DNA from: Alphaproteobacteria bacterium
GTDB lineage: Bacteria; Pseudomonadota; Alphaproteobacteria; Bin95
DNA: 64,000 bases
Assembly (NCBI GenBank): GCA_963665325.3
Contig: OZ224045.1
Coordinates: 1,184,001-1,248,000, forward strand
Direction: 5' to 3'
This document shows positions 61,273-64,000 of the stretch, one piece after another; positions within the stretch are counted from its first letter, which is position 1; every line of letters begins with the position of its first letter. The notes below the pieces were generated by a model that was given only the letters and a program-made list of their open reading frames with translations, did not search any database and was not told where the DNA came from. The translations under genes were made by a program, and so were the position numbers.

Positions 61273-63300
61273 ATGACCACTGCCGCCGAATGCACGAGAA
61301 TCCAATCCCTAAGCTTGCCCAACGAGCTCATTCTGATGCTCCTCAACGACCAGACCGGATATTTCCACCAGGTTCCCGGCTGGAGATTGCAATGCGCCGT
61401 CGCCGGCGCGGCGCTTGCGGAACTCTCGCTCCTTTCCCGCATCGACACGGATATGGAGTCGCTGGTCCACCTGGACCGAACGGAGACCGGCGATCCCGCA
61501 CTGGACCCGCTGCTGAAGGAAATTGCCGACGAACCCGGTCAAAGGAATGCCCGGTACTGGATCGAACGGCTCGCCGCCCGGATTGAGCCGGTCATCGATC
61601 TGACGTTGGAAAACCTGGTGAGGCGGAAGATCCTGGAACACCATGACGGCGATTTCTGGACGCTGGCTCCCGCTCACTGGCTCACGCAGCGGCAGGGCGA
61701 TTTGGAAGAGGGCTCCGCAAGCCGGTTCATCAAGACACGTATCAGCCAGGCCATCTTCACCGACACGATTCCCGATCCCAGGGACGTGATCGTCATTTGC
61801 CTTGTCAACGCGTGCGACGTCTTGCGCTTCATGTTCGAACTCAACGAGCACGCGGAAAAGCGGATCGAGCTCATCTGCAAAATGGACCTGATCGGCCGTT
61901 CCATAGCCGAGGCAGTCGAACAGAACATTGTCGGCCCAATGGGCCGCCCCGCGGCTCTATCCCGGCGCATACCGCGGATTGCGCTGCATCGCCTGGCGTT
62001 GAATCCGCATATGCGCACGGGCCATCTTCCTGCGCTCCTCGCAGATCTTGCGAAAGAGCATGGCCCGGTATTCCAGATAAAGCTGCCGGCCGCCAAGGCC
62101 ATGACCTTCCTCGCCGGACCGTCGGTCAACCGGTGGGTGCACAAGAGCGGGCGGATGCACTTGAGGGCGGGGGGCTATTTTGCCGGCTTCGAGAACGTCT
62201 TCGGTGCCTCGGGCATATTGCCTGCGCTGGACGGCGGCGACCACTTCCGGCTTCGCAAGGCCATGTCGCCGGCATATTCGCGCGAACGGCTGGCCGGCCA
62301 GCTCGACCAGCTTTTCCATCTTGTCCGCAGGTTCATGGCGACCTGGACGGTCGGAGAAACCTACCAGGCAAGGTCCTTGTGCCGAAGCATGGTCAATGAG
62401 CAGATCTCGTCGCTCCATGTCGGGGTCGATACGCAGGACCTGATCGACGATCTGGTCACCTACAAGGAACGGGCGCTCAGCGTTCATATCATAAAGACCA
62501 TGCCCAAATTCATGCTGAAGACCCCGGGCATGAAACGCCGGGCGCAAGCCATCGACGAGATGCTGGAGCGAGTCCGGCGGGTTCACACGCCCGCCCAGCG
62601 GGCCGGCTGTCCGCGGAACCTTGCAGACGACGTGCTGGGCCTGAATATGAGCGATCCGCAATTGGTGCCGGAAGCGAATCTGCGCTTTGCCCTGACGGCG
62701 ACGGGGCTGACCAGCGTGTATTTCGGCGATATGCTCAGCTTCGCGATTTACGCCATGATTTCGCAGCCTGAGATCCACGACAGGATCCGAAGCGAGGCGG
62801 ACGCCCTGTTCGAGGGCGGCGATCCCGACGGCGAGGACTTCACCCTGTCCGCCACCGACGTTACTCACCGCTTCCTTCAGGAATGTCTGCGCATGTACCC
62901 GGTCATCGCGATGTCCGTGCGGGACGTGGTGAACTCCTGCGTGGTCGAGGGGCACGAACTGCCGGTCGGGACGCGGGTCTATATCGCCCAGGCGGCCTCG
63001 CACTACATGGACGACGTGTTTCCCGACCCCTTCTCGTTCGATATCGACCGCTACCTGCCTCCGCGCAGCGCGCACCGCAGTTTCGGATTTGCGCCTTACG
63101 GACTGGGCACGCACACCTGTCTCGGTATCCGGCAGGCGCTTCTGCAAATGACGGTCAATATGATGATGATCGCGCATTACTTCACGATATCGGTGTCTCC
63201 TTCGGACTATGAACTCCGGTTCAACCCGGTTCCGTCGATGAAGCCGACGAAGAAGCTGAAATTCCACATCGCCGAGCAAAGGCGCGAACTGCCTGTGTGA
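61273..63300 (+). CDS. GPP34-family domain fused to cytochrome P450
   Basis: RBS AAGGAGG; N-terminal LPNELILM..AGAALAEL..RIDTD..DPRDV..KMDLIGR; P450 ECLRMYP, FDIDRY, PYGLGTHTCLG. Confidence 0.9.
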   Translation: MTTAAECTRIQSLSLPNELILMLLNDQTGYFHQVPGWRLQCAVAGAALAELSLLSRIDTDMESLVHLDRTETGDPALDPLLKEIADEPGQRNARYWIERLAARIEPVIDLTLENLVRRKILEHHDGDFWTLAPAHWLTQRQGDLEEGSASRFIKTRISQAIFTDTIPDPRDVIVICLVNACDVLRFMFELNEHAEKRIELICKMDLIGRSIAEAVEQNIVGPMGRPAALSRRIPRIALHRLALNPHMRTGHLPALLADLAKEHGPVFQIKLPAAKAMTFLAGPSVNRWVHKSGRMHLRAGGYFAGFENVFGASGILPALDGGDHFRLRKAMSPAYSRERLAGQLDQLFHLVRRFMATWTVGETYQARSLCRSMVNEQISSLHVGVDTQDLIDDLVTYKERALSVHIIKTMPKFMLKTPGMKRRAQAIDEMLERVRRVHTPAQRAGCPRNLADDVLGLNMSDPQLVPEANLRFALTATGLTSVYFGDMLSFAIYAMISQPEIHDRIRSEADALFEGGDPDGEDFTLSATDVTHRFLQECLRMYPVIAMSVRDVVNSCVVEGHELPVGTRVYIAQAASHYMDDVFPDPFSFDIDRYLPPRSAHRSFGFAPYGLGTHTCLGIRQALLQMTVNMMMIAHYFTISVSPSDYELRFNPVPSMKPTKKLKFHIAEQRRELPV

Positions 63301-63393
63301 CCGGTCTAGGCCGGCTCGGACGGGACATCGGGCCGGAGGAGAAGACTGCGGATACCGCTGTCCCGGCCGCTGCCGGTCCGCCCGGCCCGTGCG

Positions 63394-64000
63394 TTACCGC
63401 GCCCGTTTGAGCGCCATCCGGGTGAAGTCTCCGAGGTCGAGGTCGGTCCCGAACTCGTAGCCCGACCAGTCCAGCACGGTGCTTTTCCCTGTGAGATGGT
63501 TGGTCATGGTTATCTTGCTGCTTCGCCAGAAGCGGTCGAGATATTTCCTGTAACCCTCCACGACCATCGTCTTGAGATGCGCATCCCTGCGGTCGTAGAA
63601 CTGGATCTGCATGGCGCGCAACTCCTCCCGGTCCAGCCAGACCAGCTGGCGCGAATATCCCGAGTCACCGCCGACAGGGACGCGTTCGGGGACGAAGCAT
63701 TCGAGTTCGCCGCATGGCTCGCTGCGCAGAAGCCGGTGGATGAATTTCCCGACCTCGGGACTACCGAGGTCCTCGTAAGAGAATTCGCTGCCCATGAAAG
63801 AGCCCGACTGGTTGGAGGAGCTGATACGCTTGACCCGTTTCAGGGCGGGGAGATAGAGCCACTGGTCATCGGCCTCCTTGTGGGCGTGAACGAGAAACGC
63901 CGTTCCCCTGACATCGCGCGGCCTGTCGAACACGAACAGGGTCCGGTCGCCGTCGCCCTCCACCTCGATAACCTTCAGGCGGACTTCCCGGCGGCTCTCC
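63394..64000 (-). CDS. outer-membrane lipoprotein-sorting (LolA-like) protein, 5' end outside window
   Basis: DDQWLYLPALKRVKRI..SFMGSEFSYEDL, MTNHLTGKST. Confidence 0.9.
   Translation of the reverse strand, partial: ESRREVRLKVIEVEGDGDRTLFVFDRPRDVRGTAFLVHAHKEADDQWLYLPALKRVKRISSSNQSGSFMGSEFSYEDLGSPEVGKFIHRLLRSEPCGELECFVPERVPVGGDSGYSRQLVWLDREELRAMQIQFYDRRDAHLKTMVVEGYRKYLDRFWRSSKITMTNHLTGKSTVLDWSGYEFGTDLDLGDFTRMALKRAR

Overview
This is a GC-rich bacterial accessory region. The gene content suggests a marine alphaproteobacterium, and the many decayed genes suggest a host-associated lifestyle (both are inference). (1) 1-13677 is the right part of a tRNA-targeted island ending in a 22-bp tRNA 3'-end duplicate (attR). 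It carries AlpA, a Replic_Relax/MOBC-like relaxase, two VirD4-like ATPases, a large serine recombinase, a Patescibacteria-style peptidoglycan-binding gene fragment, and two divergent TbpB-like lipoprotein genes that share a 226-bp structured leader plus signal peptide. (2) 13.8-17.6 kb is a Na/Pi transporter truncated by a tandem tyrosine-integrase pair. (3) 18-28.5 kb holds a sulfite dehydrogenase with its cytochrome c, an IS1380 element, and an amino-acid ABC/enolase/ThDP-enzyme cluster. (4) 28.9-32.2 kb is a decaying operon of a GPP34-cytochrome b-like fusion, a multiheme cytochrome c and a DUF3365 protein. (5) 32.6-37.3 kb encodes an S8 peptidase, HU and an alanine symporter. (6) 37.6-45.4 kb is a MOBF mobilisation module whose relaxase has a long tail of ~155-aa repeats. 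(7) 45.6-57.4 kb contains a Slam remnant, an NsrR-like regulator, a TonB-dependent receptor, IorAB-like genes and an adenylate cyclase. (8) 57.5-60.4 kb is a pseudogene/transposon graveyard. (9) The end has a perfect (GCGCCGT)x22.9 array upstream of a GPP34-cytochrome P450 fusion, convergent with a LolA-like gene. The best candidates for undescribed systems are GPP34 used twice as a module on heme-redox proteins, and the shared-leader variable lipoprotein cassettes on the mobilisable island. All family assignments come from motif recognition by eye; no searches were run.
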